Part shown: in pieces, positions 15,096-24,540 of the stretch
Layout of the letters: the number at the start of each line of letters is the position of its first letter
Numbering within the stretch: the first letter of the stretch is position 1
Made by a program: the position numbers and the translations under genes
Notes under the pieces: generated by a model
What the model was told of the DNA's origin: nothing
Databases searched by the model: none
What the model saw: only the letters and a program-made list of their open reading frames with translations
From: Candidatus Bipolaricaulota bacterium
GTDB lineage: Bacteria; Patescibacteriota; Patescibacteriia; UBA11705; DATKZF01
Assembly: GCA_035528115.1 (NCBI GenBank)
Contig: DATKZF010000001.1
Coordinates: forward strand, 226,312-266,694
Direction of reading: 5' to 3'
Length of the DNA stretch: 40,383 nucleotides

Positions 15096-16892
15096 TTATT
15101 CCAGCACCGCCTTAATCCTCCTCACCCCGGCCGAACTCGATTCTTCTTTTTTAATTCTGAACTTGCCCAGCTCGCCCGTATGCGTCACATGCGGGCCTCC
15201 GCAGATTTCGCGGGAGAAAATATCATCGCCTTCGCCAACCGTGTACACTTTCACTTTCTCCCCGTACTTTGATTCAAAAACTCCCATGGCTCCGATTTTT
15301 TTCGCTTCATCCAAAGTAATTTCTTCGCATGACACCGGATAATCTTTTTCAATCGCTTCATTGACGTTTTTTTCAACCTCGGCCTTTTGCTCATCAGTCA
15401 TTTTTTCATTATGCGAAAAATCAAATCTCAATCGCTCGGGAGTGATATTGGAACCTTTTTGAAACACTTCATTGCCCAAAACTTTTCGCAAGGCGGCCAG
15501 CATCAAGTGCGCGGCCGTGTGCAGGCGCTTGGTTTCTTCGGACGCGTCGGCCAAACCGCCTTTGAACCTGCCGGCTGACGCGGTTTTTGATAATTCCTGA
15601 TGTTTTTTGAATTCTTCGGCGAATTCTTTTTCATCTATTTCAATGCCGATTTCTTTGGCCATTTCGCTAGTCATTTCCAAGGGAAAGCCATATGTTGAAA
15701 ATAAAATGAAAGCTTCTTTGCCGGAAATATTTTTATCCTTGGCCATTTTGGAAAATTCCCGTTCGCCTTTTTCCAAAGTCATTCGAAACTTTTCTTCTTC
15801 TTTTTTAAGTTCATCGAAAATCTCCGCTTCCCTATTTTTCAATTCAACGTAAGGATCGGAGATCAAATCAACAACCACGCTCGCCACCTCGGCCGTGAAA
15901 TTTCGCTCAATGCCCAGCTGTTTGGCTTGACGAATAGCTCGCCTAATCAATCTTCGCAAAATATAACCTTGATCGACGTTGGACGGCGCCACGGCGTGGT
16001 CATCGCCCAAAATCATGACCGAGGCTTTAAGGTGATCAGCAATGATTCTCATCGAAACGGTTATCTTTTCGCTCTCATCATATTTTTTCCCTGACAATGC
16101 TTCAATTTTTTCAATGATCGGCCAAAAAAGTTCTGTTCGATAATTATCGTCAAAACCGTTCATCACGGCCAAAGTTCGCTCCAGCCCCATGCCGGTGTCA
16201 ACGTTCTTTTGAATCAATTGCTCGTAATTTCCATCAGCGGTTTTATTGTATTGCATGAAAACATCATTCCAGATTTCCACCCAATTTTTCTCGTCGGTTT
16301 GAGGATTGCTGTCCTTTGACGGATTGCCCTCGCCGATGAAATAAAACATTTCCGTGTCAGGACCGCACGGACCTGTCTCGCCTGCCGGTCCCCACCAATT
16401 GTCTTTTTTCCCCAAAAAAACTATTTTGTGGTCTGCTAAGCCCAAATTTTTCCAAACGCCGGCGGACTCATCGTCTTTGGGAGAGTTATCGTCGCCTTCA
16501 AAGCAAGTGATTGCCAATTTTTCAAGCGGCAAGCCCAGCCATTTTTTATCAGTTAAAAATTCAAAGCTCCATTCGATCGCTTCTTTTTTAAAATAATCGC
16601 CGAGCGACCAATTGCCGAGCATTTCAAAAAAAGTGTGGTGAAACGCGTCGCCGACTTCGTCGATATCGTCGGTTCTGACGCATTTTTGAAAATCAACCAG
16701 ACGCTGGCCCTGCGCGTGAGATTCGCCCATCAAATAAGGTACAAGCGGGTGCATGCCGGCCGTGGTGAATAAAACGGTCGGGTCGTTTTCCGGGATCAGC
16801 GAAGCTGAAGCGACTTGTTTGTGGCCTTTACTGACGAAAAATTCAATGTATTTTCGCCTGAGTTCTGAAGCTGTGATTTTATTCATATTCAT
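15096..16892 (-). CDS. alaS: Alanine--tRNA ligase, short form ending at the editing domain (no C-Ala domain)
   Basis: Begins MNMNKITASELRRKYIEFFVSKGH. Editing-domain motifs HTAAHLMLAAL and CGGPHV are present. It ends at GVRRIKAVLE. The track start is a TTG at 16940. Confidence 0.9.
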   Translation of the reverse strand: MNMNKITASELRRKYIEFFVSKGHKQVASASLIPENDPTVLFTTAGMHPLVPYLMGESHAQGQRLVDFQKCVRTDDIDEVGDAFHHTFFEMLGNWSLGDYFKKEAIEWSFEFLTDKKWLGLPLEKLAITCFEGDDNSPKDDESAGVWKNLGLADHKIVFLGKKDNWWGPAGETGPCGPDTEMFYFIGEGNPSKDSNPQTDEKNWVEIWNDVFMQYNKTADGNYEQLIQKNVDTGMGLERTLAVMNGFDDNYRTELFWPIIEKIEALSGKKYDESEKITVSMRIIADHLKASVMILGDDHAVAPSNVDQGYILRRLIRRAIRQAKQLGIERNFTAEVASVVVDLISDPYVELKNREAEIFDELKKEEEKFRMTLEKGEREFSKMAKDKNISGKEAFILFSTYGFPLEMTSEMAKEIGIEIDEKEFAEEFKKHQELSKTASAGRFKGGLADASEETKRLHTAAHLMLAALRKVLGNEVFQKGSNITPERLRFDFSHNEKMTDEQKAEVEKNVNEAIEKDYPVSCEEITLDEAKKIGAMGVFESKYGEKVKVYTVGEGDDIFSREICGGPHVTHTGELGKFRIKKEESSSAGVRRIKAVLE

Positions 16893-17081
16893 ATAATTTC
16901 TACCCCACTTGCTTGCCCGCAGTAGCATTAGCGAAGGCAAGAGTTGGCGATATCCAAAACTGACTTGGGGTCAGGCGGAATTCGTTTATAATTAGCTATT
17001 TCATCCGACTAAAGTCGGGTGGAATTTATTTATACTCGGCAATTGCATCCATTTTACCCAATTTATCATTTTTTTTCAAAT

Positions 17082-17109
17082 CAAAAAGCGGAAAATGAGA
17101 TTCCCCGCT
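17082..17109 (-). terminator. Rho-independent terminator of GC-rich ORF 2
   Basis: The minus strand reads AGCGGGGAATCTCATTTTCCGCTTTTTG and overlaps the stop codon. Confidence 0.55.
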
Positions 17110-17746
17110 AGTTTTCATCGGGATTGATCCTTTCCACGGTTTTCAGAACAAACCGCGACGGATTACCGTTATATATTCTCAGAAGGACGAAGCGCCATCC
17201 GACCTTTTCTTTATACTCGACCGGCTGACAGGCGTTGTTGATCATTCTGATGAAGCGGTGGTCTTCAGGCATACTCGCCGAGATCGAATCTCCAAGCAAT
17301 CGGGCGAGCGCTTCGACCGCTACCAATGCGTTCGAGTATTTTCGCCCCAATTTCTCGGAGCGCCTCATGTACTGGTTTCGCGCGTGTCGAGTGATCCTGA
17401 CTCGATCCACCCAACTGTCCCAGCGCTTGAACTGGAATGAGAGGATCTCAACGACCAAACCCGGACGCAAGCAGAAGATAAGAATCATCTGCTCGGACTC
17501 GGCCGAATATATCTGCTTTCTAGCGCTTATAGTCTGCCAGGGGCAATTCGCGAGAAAGCCGGCCAAACCGACCTTGCCGCGATGCCTGAGCAGAGTAAGC
17601 GGGGGCACCAGCGCTCCAAAAAGAACTTTGCTGCCGATGTACATCATCCTCTTTAACCGATTGTCCAAAAGGACAACAGGCGGCCGTCGAGGAACGATCG
17701 TGGCTCTCGTCGGTTCCTCCATATCTTCCAACTGCTGCGCCACCAT
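17108..17746 (-). CDS. Hypothetical protein, GC-rich orphan (212 aa)
   Basis: ATG start preceded by GGAGG with a 6-nt spacer. It has its own TTGACA-17-TACTAT promoter and a terminator. I recognise no family. Confidence 0.55.
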   Translation of the reverse strand: MVAQQLEDMEEPTRATIVPRRPPVVLLDNRLKRMMYIGSKVLFGALVPPLTLLRHRGKVGLAGFLANCPWQTISARKQIYSAESEQMILIFCLRPGLVVEILSFQFKRWDSWVDRVRITRHARNQYMRRSEKLGRKYSNALVAVEALARLLGDSISASMPEDHRFIRMINNACQPVEYKEKVGWRFVLLRIYNGNPSRFVLKTVERINPDEN

Positions 17747-17782
17747 CTTAGGCCTCCTTTCCGCCGTTTCTGTGAAGAATAT

Positions 17783-17811
17783 ATAGTACCTAATATTTGA
17801 AAATTTGTCAA
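17783..17811 (-). promoter_or_regulatory. Consensus-like promoter of GC-rich ORF 2
   Basis: On the minus strand: TTGACA (17806-17811), a 17-nt spacer, then TACTAT (17783-17788). A second TTGACA lies at 17817-17822. Confidence 0.55.
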
Positions 17812-17922
17812 TGATGTGTCAATCCCCGATCACGCCCCCGCCCAGCCTTCGCCCTTCCGCCTTCGCATTAAGCTTCGGCGGACAAGTTGGGCTTCGGCTG
17901 GCACGCCAGCCCATTTAATTTA

Positions 17923-19008
17923 TTAAATCACTGTACCTCCTAAAACTTCTTTACCTTTCCAAAAAACAATTGACTGTCCGGGCGTGACCGCCCACTGGGG
18001 CTTTTTAAATTCCACAAAATATCCGTCTTTATCCTTTGAAATCACCACTGCTGTTTCCGGACTGGCGTAGCGGATTTTCGCCGTGCATTTTAGCGGGAAC
18101 GCTCCATCGCGCGTTCCTGCGAGCCATTGAATATTTTTCAACTTTAATCTTTCAAATTTCAACTTCTCATGGTTTTTATCTTTGGTCACGTACAAAACGT
18201 TGTCTTTATCATCTTTTTCAACCACAAAATACGGCCCTCCGGCCAGCCCGATGCCCTTTCTCTGGCCGATGGTGTACAAAGCCAGTCCTTTATGCTCGCC
18301 CAAAACTTTTTTCGAATCAATGTCTTTTATTTCCCCCGGTTTCAATTCCAAATAATCCGCCAGAAATTCTTGCAAATCACCTGACGGCACGAAACAGACT
18401 TCCTGCGATTCTCTTTTCGCGGCCGTGGGCAAACCGTTTTTGGCCGCGATTTTTCTAACCTTTGGCTTGGTCAAATGCCCGACCGGGAACATTATTTTTG
18501 AAAGCTGTTTCTGATTCAAACGATACAGAAAATAAGACTGGTCTTTTTCCTTGTCTTTTCCTTTATATAAATGATATTGATCGCCTTTCTTTTTTACCTG
18601 CGAGTAGTGGCCGGTGGCCAAGTGAGTGGCGCCGAGCTTTTCAACCTTGTCCAAAAGCTCGCCGAACTTTATAAACTGATTGCAACGAACGCACGGATTG
18701 GGCGTTTTGCCCGCATTGTATTCGAGCAAAAAATTGTCCACCACTTTTTCTTTGAACGGCATTTGCAAATTAACCACGTAAAAAGGAATGCCGAGCATGT
18801 CGCAAACGCGTTTGGCGTCGTCTCGCGATTCTTTGGAGCAACAAATATTCTCTCGGACTTTTTCCCCGTCTTCTTTCGACCAAAATTTCGCAAACACCCC
18901 GAACACGTCATACCCCTTTTTCTTCAATAAAAAAGCGGCCACGCTGGAATCAACGCCGCCGGAAAGGGCCACCGCTATCTTTGGTTTTGAATTTGAAGAC
19001 ATAATCAT
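17923..19008 (-). CDS. mnmA: tRNA-specific 2-thiouridylase MnmA
   Basis: 361 aa. PP-loop VALSGGVDSSVAA. Also CCSKESRDDAKRVCDMLGIPFYVVN and NPCVRCN. Confidence 0.92.
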   Translation of the reverse strand: MIMSSNSKPKIAVALSGGVDSSVAAFLLKKKGYDVFGVFAKFWSKEDGEKVRENICCSKESRDDAKRVCDMLGIPFYVVNLQMPFKEKVVDNFLLEYNAGKTPNPCVRCNQFIKFGELLDKVEKLGATHLATGHYSQVKKKGDQYHLYKGKDKEKDQSYFLYRLNQKQLSKIMFPVGHLTKPKVRKIAAKNGLPTAAKRESQEVCFVPSGDLQEFLADYLELKPGEIKDIDSKKVLGEHKGLALYTIGQRKGIGLAGGPYFVVEKDDKDNVLYVTKDKNHEKLKFERLKLKNIQWLAGTRDGAFPLKCTAKIRYASPETAVVISKDKDGYFVEFKKPQWAVTPGQSIVFWKGKEVLGGTVI

Positions 19009-19235
19009 TCTTTTTCAATGGCCGTCATGACGTCGCCGGGACTTTTGTATTTGGGAATCACTCCCTCGGCTTGCAATTCAGCCGCTATTTTCACGGCTTT
19101 GTCCCGATCGCATGAATACGACAAGTATTCCGAATAGCCTTTTTTGCTTATAGCGGACAAAACCGCCTCGGGTAAATACGGCGTGCCGGACATTTTTTGC
19201 AAATAATCTTTAAATTGTTGAGGAGTTATTTTCAT
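19005..19235 (-). CDS. Hypothetical small protein (76 aa)
   Basis: ATG start. An ATGA overlap with mnmA suggests translational coupling. Confidence 0.45.
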   Translation of the reverse strand: MKITPQQFKDYLQKMSGTPYLPEAVLSAISKKGYSEYLSYSCDRDKAVKIAAELQAEGVIPKYKSPGDVMTAIEKE

Positions 19236-19335
19236 ATTACAAATTATGGAGGGCTTATTAGCTGATCAGCTTGTAGCTTATTAGGTGGATTTAAGGCCAC
19301 CTACAAGCTAACAAGCTACAACCTACCACCTTTAA

Positions 19336-20544
19336 TTATTTCAAAAAATGACTTAACAATTCGTAGACCTCATCATAATTTTTGCTGATGTCCGAACCCA
19401 GCACCAGAGAAATCACTTCCCTTCCTTGTCCTCGAGCCTTGCTGATCAGGCATCTGCCCGCTTCTTCCGTGTAACCGGTCTTTCCGCCGAGAAGATACAA
19501 ATCGCGGTCAACCAATTTATTTGTATTTTCTATCCAGATTATTTTATCGCCTTCTGCCGTTTTTATTTTCACCGGATATTTTTTCAAGGTGGTGGCTTCC
19601 AAAAATTCGAATTTGGAAAAAGCCGCTCGGCTGATTTTCGCCAAATCTCTGGCCGTGGACAGATTATATTCGGACAAACCGGTCGGCTCGATAAAACCGG
19701 TATTGAGCGCGCCCAGTTCCTTGGCTTTTTGGTTCATCAACGCGACGAATTCGGTTTCGGACAAACCGGTCGAACGCATCAGCGCCCGCGCCGCATTGTT
19801 TTTTGAAGCCAGCAATGTGGCCATGAACAAATCTTTGATATTGATGCTGTCCCCGGCAACCACGTTCAATCCGGCGCCGCCGACATTATCCGATTCGACG
19901 AAGTTCGCCCGATCTCCCCAACCCGGATTGTGATCAAGAAAAACGAGCGCCGTGATCAATTTGCTGATGCTGGCGATCGGCCGAATTTGATCAATATTTT
20001 TCCCATAAAGAATTTCTCCGGTCTTGGCGTCAATGCTGATGGCCGACTCAGCCGTCAATTCAGGCTGATAATCGGTCGTGTCCTCCAAAACGACAATGCT
20101 GGCCGCGGGCACGGGCGACCAGGCGTTGATTCTGTTGTCATCCCACCGCGTTTCAGACTTCAAAGCTCGCCAAATTTGCCTTGATTTGTCGAAGAAATAA
20201 AGGCTTTTCGGCTGACGGCTGTCACCTTGAAATTTCAATGAAAGCAGCACCGGTTTTGACAAAAAACCGCTTTGCCCGGCATTGACTTCGTACCAATAAA
20301 AATTGCTGACCGCTTTTTTTCCGCTCGGAATGGCCATCACTTGCTCTGCCCACATTTTCACTTCCAGCGGGGAAAAAAACTGACTCGGAAAAATAGGCAG
20401 CCAAAAATTATCATCGAAACTTTTGACGGAATACCCGGACTTCAGAGTATTTTGATCGAATTTTACAATTCGTTCCCCTGTCGCGACGGTCAAAGACGGC
20501 CATAACAGCAAGCCGGCCAAAATAAGGATTGCCGATTTTTTCAT
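19336..20544 (-). CDS. D-alanyl-D-alanine carboxypeptidase (peptidase S11) with an N-terminal extra domain
   Basis: Signal peptide present. SxxK (SISKLITALV), SxN (SKNN) and KTG (GKTGYT) motifs are present. Confidence 0.85.
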   Translation of the reverse strand: MKKSAILILAGLLLWPSLTVATGERIVKFDQNTLKSGYSVKSFDDNFWLPIFPSQFFSPLEVKMWAEQVMAIPSGKKAVSNFYWYEVNAGQSGFLSKPVLLSLKFQGDSRQPKSLYFFDKSRQIWRALKSETRWDDNRINAWSPVPAASIVVLEDTTDYQPELTAESAISIDAKTGEILYGKNIDQIRPIASISKLITALVFLDHNPGWGDRANFVESDNVGGAGLNVVAGDSINIKDLFMATLLASKNNAARALMRSTGLSETEFVALMNQKAKELGALNTGFIEPTGLSEYNLSTARDLAKISRAAFSKFEFLEATTLKKYPVKIKTAEGDKIIWIENTNKLVDRDLYLLGGKTGYTEEAGRCLISKARGQGREVISLVLGSDISKNYDEVYELLSHFLK

Positions 20545-20571
20545 ATTTTGTTTTTATTTTTTTTCGATTTA

Positions 20572-21477
20572 TTATTCTTGAATCAATTCGAGCGTTTGAT
20601 ACATCTGATTTACCGTTTTCCCCGATCCGGCCAAATACAAATCATAATCGCTGTCCGGCAAATCAAGGAACGCTTTGGTCATTGGCGCGCCGTCAACGGC
20701 CGAAGTGTCATCGTAAACGGTCAGCACCAGACCGCTCGGCAAAACTTTTTTTGAAATATTTTCATCGGCGAGCGCGGGCCTGGGAATATCTTTCTGCAAA
20801 ACCAAGTCAACCGACTCGCCGTTTCTGGAAAAAGTCACGTTTAGCGCCGCGTGTCCGACATCGACAGCTTCTTCTTTGACTTGCCAGCCGGCCGGATATT
20901 GCATTTTGAAGCCGAATTGATTATTCTCGTAATTTTTCCAAACATCGGTTTTCACTCCCTCAATGTAATATTCCAAGACACGAAGTTTAAAATTTTTCTT
21001 ATCGGTAAAGGAGCCCAAAATATTGGCTTCTCGACCCAAATACTGACCGGCTATTTCCGGGGTCACCGAACCTTCGAGCAATAAATGGTCGCCGTTTTCC
21101 TGAAGCAAATACAAATTGTTCAAAGTCTGAAAAAGGCGGCCTTGCTTCCAAACTTGTATTTGTTTGACTTCAAACAAACCCGACTCATTGAAATCGCCAG
21201 TAATCGTCACCTTATTATCGATCAAATCGGTCAAAGAATCGTCTAAAGCCAAAGGAATTTCTTCTCCCTCGGAAATAAAAATCAAGTTTTCTCCGTCCGT
21301 GGCGATCACTCCCTCCTTAACCGCGTTTTGCTCGGTCGTATTATCTTCGCTCGCGACTTCATTTGAAACCTTCGGATTCTCCGACGCGGGTTCGTCATGA
21401 AAGGAGATTTTCTTTTGACAGCCGGCCAATGAAAAAACGACTACAATCACGAAAATCGAAATAAAAAGCTTTTTCAT
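20572..21477 (-). CDS. Hypothetical lipoprotein (301 aa)
   Basis: MKKLFISIFVIVVVFSLAGC has a lipobox. No other recognisable motifs. Confidence 0.6.
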   Translation of the reverse strand: MKKLFISIFVIVVVFSLAGCQKKISFHDEPASENPKVSNEVASEDNTTEQNAVKEGVIATDGENLIFISEGEEIPLALDDSLTDLIDNKVTITGDFNESGLFEVKQIQVWKQGRLFQTLNNLYLLQENGDHLLLEGSVTPEIAGQYLGREANILGSFTDKKNFKLRVLEYYIEGVKTDVWKNYENNQFGFKMQYPAGWQVKEEAVDVGHAALNVTFSRNGESVDLVLQKDIPRPALADENISKKVLPSGLVLTVYDDTSAVDGAPMTKAFLDLPDSDYDLYLAGSGKTVNQMYQTLELIQE

Positions 21478-21625
21478 ATTATTTCCATTATGAATCTTAA
21501 TTTCATTATCATTTTAGCAATATTTTAATTTTTTTTCAATGTTAGAACGCGACGCGGCCGACGACGTCGCGTAAAACAAAAACAGGCCCAATCAAGGCCC
21601 GTTTTACAAACAAAAAAATCGATTA

Positions 21626-22069
21626 TTATTGAAAACCTTTTTCCGTTAAAATATGCTGCCCCTTGTCCAACCCTTGCGTGCCCTTTTCCAAATAAAACAG
21701 CACGGAGAAACTCTCATCGTTCAAAACACTGAACGCGTAATCACAATCCTTTCCAAAAGTTTGAACGCACGAAAGGCCCTTTGAAGCCGGATCTTTCAAT
21801 TGGCTGATATTGTTTATCAATTTGACGACTTCTTCTCCCCGGCAGTCCGCCACCAAAGCGCCTTCCTGGCAGGTCTGCCCGTTGTAGGAACCTGTTTGAT
21901 TGTAAATGATTTTCATCGCGCTTCGAATAATATTCATGTCTTCGATCCGACGATTGTCGCGCGTCTTTTTTTGCGCGCCGTTCACGCCCAAACTGGCCAG
22001 CGTGGCCAAGATGCCGATGACCGCGGTCGCGATGATTATTTCGATCAAAGTGAATTTTTTATTATCCAT
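21626..22069 (-). CDS. Type IV pilin / pseudopilin (prepilin N-terminal methylation motif)
   Basis: MDNKKFTLIEIIIATAVIGILATLA matches the class III signal peptide pattern (F-T-L-I-E). Confidence 0.8.
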   Translation of the reverse strand: MDNKKFTLIEIIIATAVIGILATLASLGVNGAQKKTRDNRRIEDMNIIRSAMKIIYNQTGSYNGQTCQEGALVADCRGEEVVKLINNISQLKDPASKGLSCVQTFGKDCDYAFSVLNDESFSVLFYLEKGTQGLDKGQHILTEKGFQ

Positions 22070-22088
22070 ATGTTGATTTTATTGAAAG

Positions 22089-23180
22089 CTAAACTTCTCC
22101 GCCTTGCATGGCCAGACCGATGGCGATTGAAAATCTGGGACCGATTTTGAATAATATGTCTTTTAAATCTTCCGGGTATATTATTCTCGCCCAAGGATTG
22201 CCGATGAACGTTTTGATATTCAAATTCTCAGTGAAATACCCGCCCAACCCCGGAACGTACGCGCTGCCGCCGGTCAAAATGATTTTGTCCACTCTTTTAT
22301 TTTTATTTTCCGACTGTCTCAAAAACGAATCGATCACGAACCTAACTTCGTTCAAGATGGGCTCGAACATTTTTTGCAAATTGAGCGGCACGTTCTTTTG
22401 CATTTCCGGCTTGGCCGCGAGATCGCGTTTGAGTTGTTCGGCCTGCGAGACATCTATATTCAAAATCTTCGCGATTTCTTTGGTGATATCCAAACCGCCG
22501 ACATTGACGCTGCGATCATAATGCGGCACGCACATGTCCACCACGCTGATGTCCGTGCTGACCGCTCCCACGTCCACGAGCAACATGGTTGATTTGTCTT
22601 TTCCGGTCAGCGCCCTGATCATGGCGAAGCTCTCGGTCTCCAAGCTGACCAAATTCAAACCGGCTTTTTTGAAAATATCTATGTATTTTTGAATCAAAAC
22701 TTTGCTGGCGGCCGTGATTAAAATTTTCAAATTCACGATTTCACCGCTCTTTTTATTTTTCAGTTCATCAACATCTCCCACGATTTTCCAATCCAGCACC
22801 ATGTCGTCGAGCGGCATGGGCAAAATCTTCACCGCCTCCTTTTCCACAGCGCTTGAAATTTTATCTTTGGAACCGAGTTCCTTGGCATCGATTCCCTGAA
22901 CGCTGATGATTGAGCTGAAAACCATGGGCGCCGGCAAAGCGGTGTAGGTTTGAGTGGCTAAAATCCCCGAGGTCTCTAATATTTTTTTGATTATTTTAGC
23001 CGCTTCCTCGGGCTGATCGATATAATTTTCCTTTTTGGCGTGAGTTGATCTTTCAAGATATCCGTAATTTTCCAATTTCAATCTTCCTTCTTCACTCGAA
23101 AGCTCCACCAGCTTGATGCTGCTGCCGCCGATGTCCACTCCCAAAAAATTTTTGCTCTTTTTTCCACCGAATAATGCCAT
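22089..23180 (-). CDS. pilM: Type IV pilus assembly protein PilM (actin-like ATPase fold)
   Basis: 363 aa. Contains FLGVDIGGSSIKLVEL, VDVGAVSTDISVV and ILTGGSAYVPGL. Confidence 0.8.
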   Translation of the reverse strand: MALFGGKKSKNFLGVDIGGSSIKLVELSSEEGRLKLENYGYLERSTHAKKENYIDQPEEAAKIIKKILETSGILATQTYTALPAPMVFSSIISVQGIDAKELGSKDKISSAVEKEAVKILPMPLDDMVLDWKIVGDVDELKNKKSGEIVNLKILITAASKVLIQKYIDIFKKAGLNLVSLETESFAMIRALTGKDKSTMLLVDVGAVSTDISVVDMCVPHYDRSVNVGGLDITKEIAKILNIDVSQAEQLKRDLAAKPEMQKNVPLNLQKMFEPILNEVRFVIDSFLRQSENKNKRVDKIILTGGSAYVPGLGGYFTENLNIKTFIGNPWARIIYPEDLKDILFKIGPRFSIAIGLAMQGGEV

Positions 23181-23263
23181 ATTAAAAAATCAATTATTTG
23201 CTGAATTACATTATATCACAAATGAATGGCGTTTTAAAATTCCGGCCAAGGCCTCTTCAATCA

Positions 23264-24109
23264 TTATTTCTTTTTAGACTTTTTGCCGACGACAAACAGA
23301 AAAATCAAACTGCCGACAACATAGGTGCCCAGAGGGGCCCAAAGACCCAAAACCTGCATAATCGTGAAATTCGCGTCAGTGATTTCCTCAACGCTTTCAA
23401 TCGGCCTCAGCACAATGGCGTCTTTGTCCAAATTCAGTTTTATTCTGGCCTCCTTATTGGCGTCATTGAAAACTTTCAAATATTCTTTCTTTTCGTAATC
23501 CAAAACTTTTACGCCGGAAACAAAATTAATGGGCTGATCGGAATCTTGGCCCAAATAATACGCCAAGCCGTCCGTTTTTTCCAAATCCGAACAATCTTTG
23601 GCCCACTGCGAGCCCAAAAGAACGGACACCGAATCTTTGGAAGAGAAATCAGCTCCCACGATCGGAAAAGCGACCGTATAAAATTCCTGACAAACCGGCT
23701 CAACATTTTTAAAAAAATTCTTATCATAAACGCCTCTGGCCAAATCGCTTCGAACCATGGCGTCATTGAATTCGAAAAGTTTGCTGTCTTTGAAATCAAG
23801 CGCTTCATTGACGCTGATCGGGCCGACACGGCCGTTTTTCAGCATTTCATAAGCGTCAACGCTGGTGACGCTGAAGGCCACGGAGAAAAAAACTCCTACG
23901 GCCAGGCCGACCAAGCCCAAAGCTCCCAAATTTCTGGCAATCGCCGGACCGATAATCAACAAAACGAGAATCGAACCCAAAAGCAAGAGGACGAACGCGT
24001 ACACCGTGGTGGCGCCGGCCAAAAAATACAATTCGACGAAAAACAACATCCAGCCGAACATCACCAGCAAGCCGCCGAAAAATGATTTTAAAAATTTCCT
24101 CCTGGTCAT
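23264..24109 (-). CDS. Hypothetical membrane protein (281 aa)
   Basis: Multiple N-terminal TM helices and one C-terminal TM helix. Coding strand chosen over the antisense 295-aa ORF. Confidence 0.55.
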   Translation of the reverse strand: MTRRKFLKSFFGGLLVMFGWMLFFVELYFLAGATTVYAFVLLLLGSILVLLIIGPAIARNLGALGLVGLAVGVFFSVAFSVTSVDAYEMLKNGRVGPISVNEALDFKDSKLFEFNDAMVRSDLARGVYDKNFFKNVEPVCQEFYTVAFPIVGADFSSKDSVSVLLGSQWAKDCSDLEKTDGLAYYLGQDSDQPINFVSGVKVLDYEKKEYLKVFNDANKEARIKLNLDKDAIVLRPIESVEEITDANFTIMQVLGLWAPLGTYVVGSLIFLFVVGKKSKKK

Positions 24110-24111
24110 AT

Positions 24112-24525
24112 CTATTTTTTTTCCTCGGCCCGCCGGTCAAGCGCCGAATTGACCAAAGCGTCCGCTTTTTTATTTTTTTCCCGAGGCACATGATGAAAAA
24201 CAACTTTTTTGAAATCATGAACCAAATTCCAAATTTTAATGAATTGCGCGGCCAGATCTTTATCCTTGACCTTGTACTCGCCGTTCAATTGCTTAACCAC
24301 CAATTCGCTGTCCAAATAACAATTCACTTCTTCCGGCTTTAAATCTTTGGCATAAGCCAAACCGGCCAAAAGCGCTTGGTATTCAGCTTGATTGTTGGTG
24401 GTCTCGCCGATATATCGGCTGATTTTTTTAATCGATTTGCCGGTGTCGTTTTCAATAATAACTCCGATGGCCGCCGGACCCGGATTGCCTCTGGCTCCGC
24501 CGTCGGAAAAAATCACTATTTTCAT
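24112..24525 (-). CDS. rnhA: Ribonuclease HI
   Basis: 137 aa. Contains FSDGGARGNPGPAAIG, NNQAEYQALLAGL and DSELVVKQL. Confidence 0.85.
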   Translation of the reverse strand: MKIVIFSDGGARGNPGPAAIGVIIENDTGKSIKKISRYIGETTNNQAEYQALLAGLAYAKDLKPEEVNCYLDSELVVKQLNGEYKVKDKDLAAQFIKIWNLVHDFKKVVFHHVPREKNKKADALVNSALDRRAEEKK

Positions 24526-24540
24526 ATCATCTCAGGACAA

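Noticed and set aside
16893-17081. Possible T-box or other riboswitch in the roughly 150-nt structured alaS leader (hairpins CCGACTTTAGTCGG, CTGACCCCAAGTCAG and CTTGCC..GGCAAG).
   Set aside because: There is no T-box consensus (GGGUGGUACCGCG-like) or specifier-loop architecture, and the leader is shorter than typical T-boxes. The 12-nt match aagtcgggtgga shared with 9906-9917 is within chance expectation for a window of this size.
23198-24085. 295-aa plus-strand ORF, and many other 60-190-aa ORFs antisense to housekeeping genes (for example 8266-8760, 12120-12641, 25300-25921, 317-658).
   Set aside because: They lie fully inside well-supported minus-strand genes. Their compositions are low-complexity or Arg/Gln-rich, as is typical of antisense frames. 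They have no motifs or signals.
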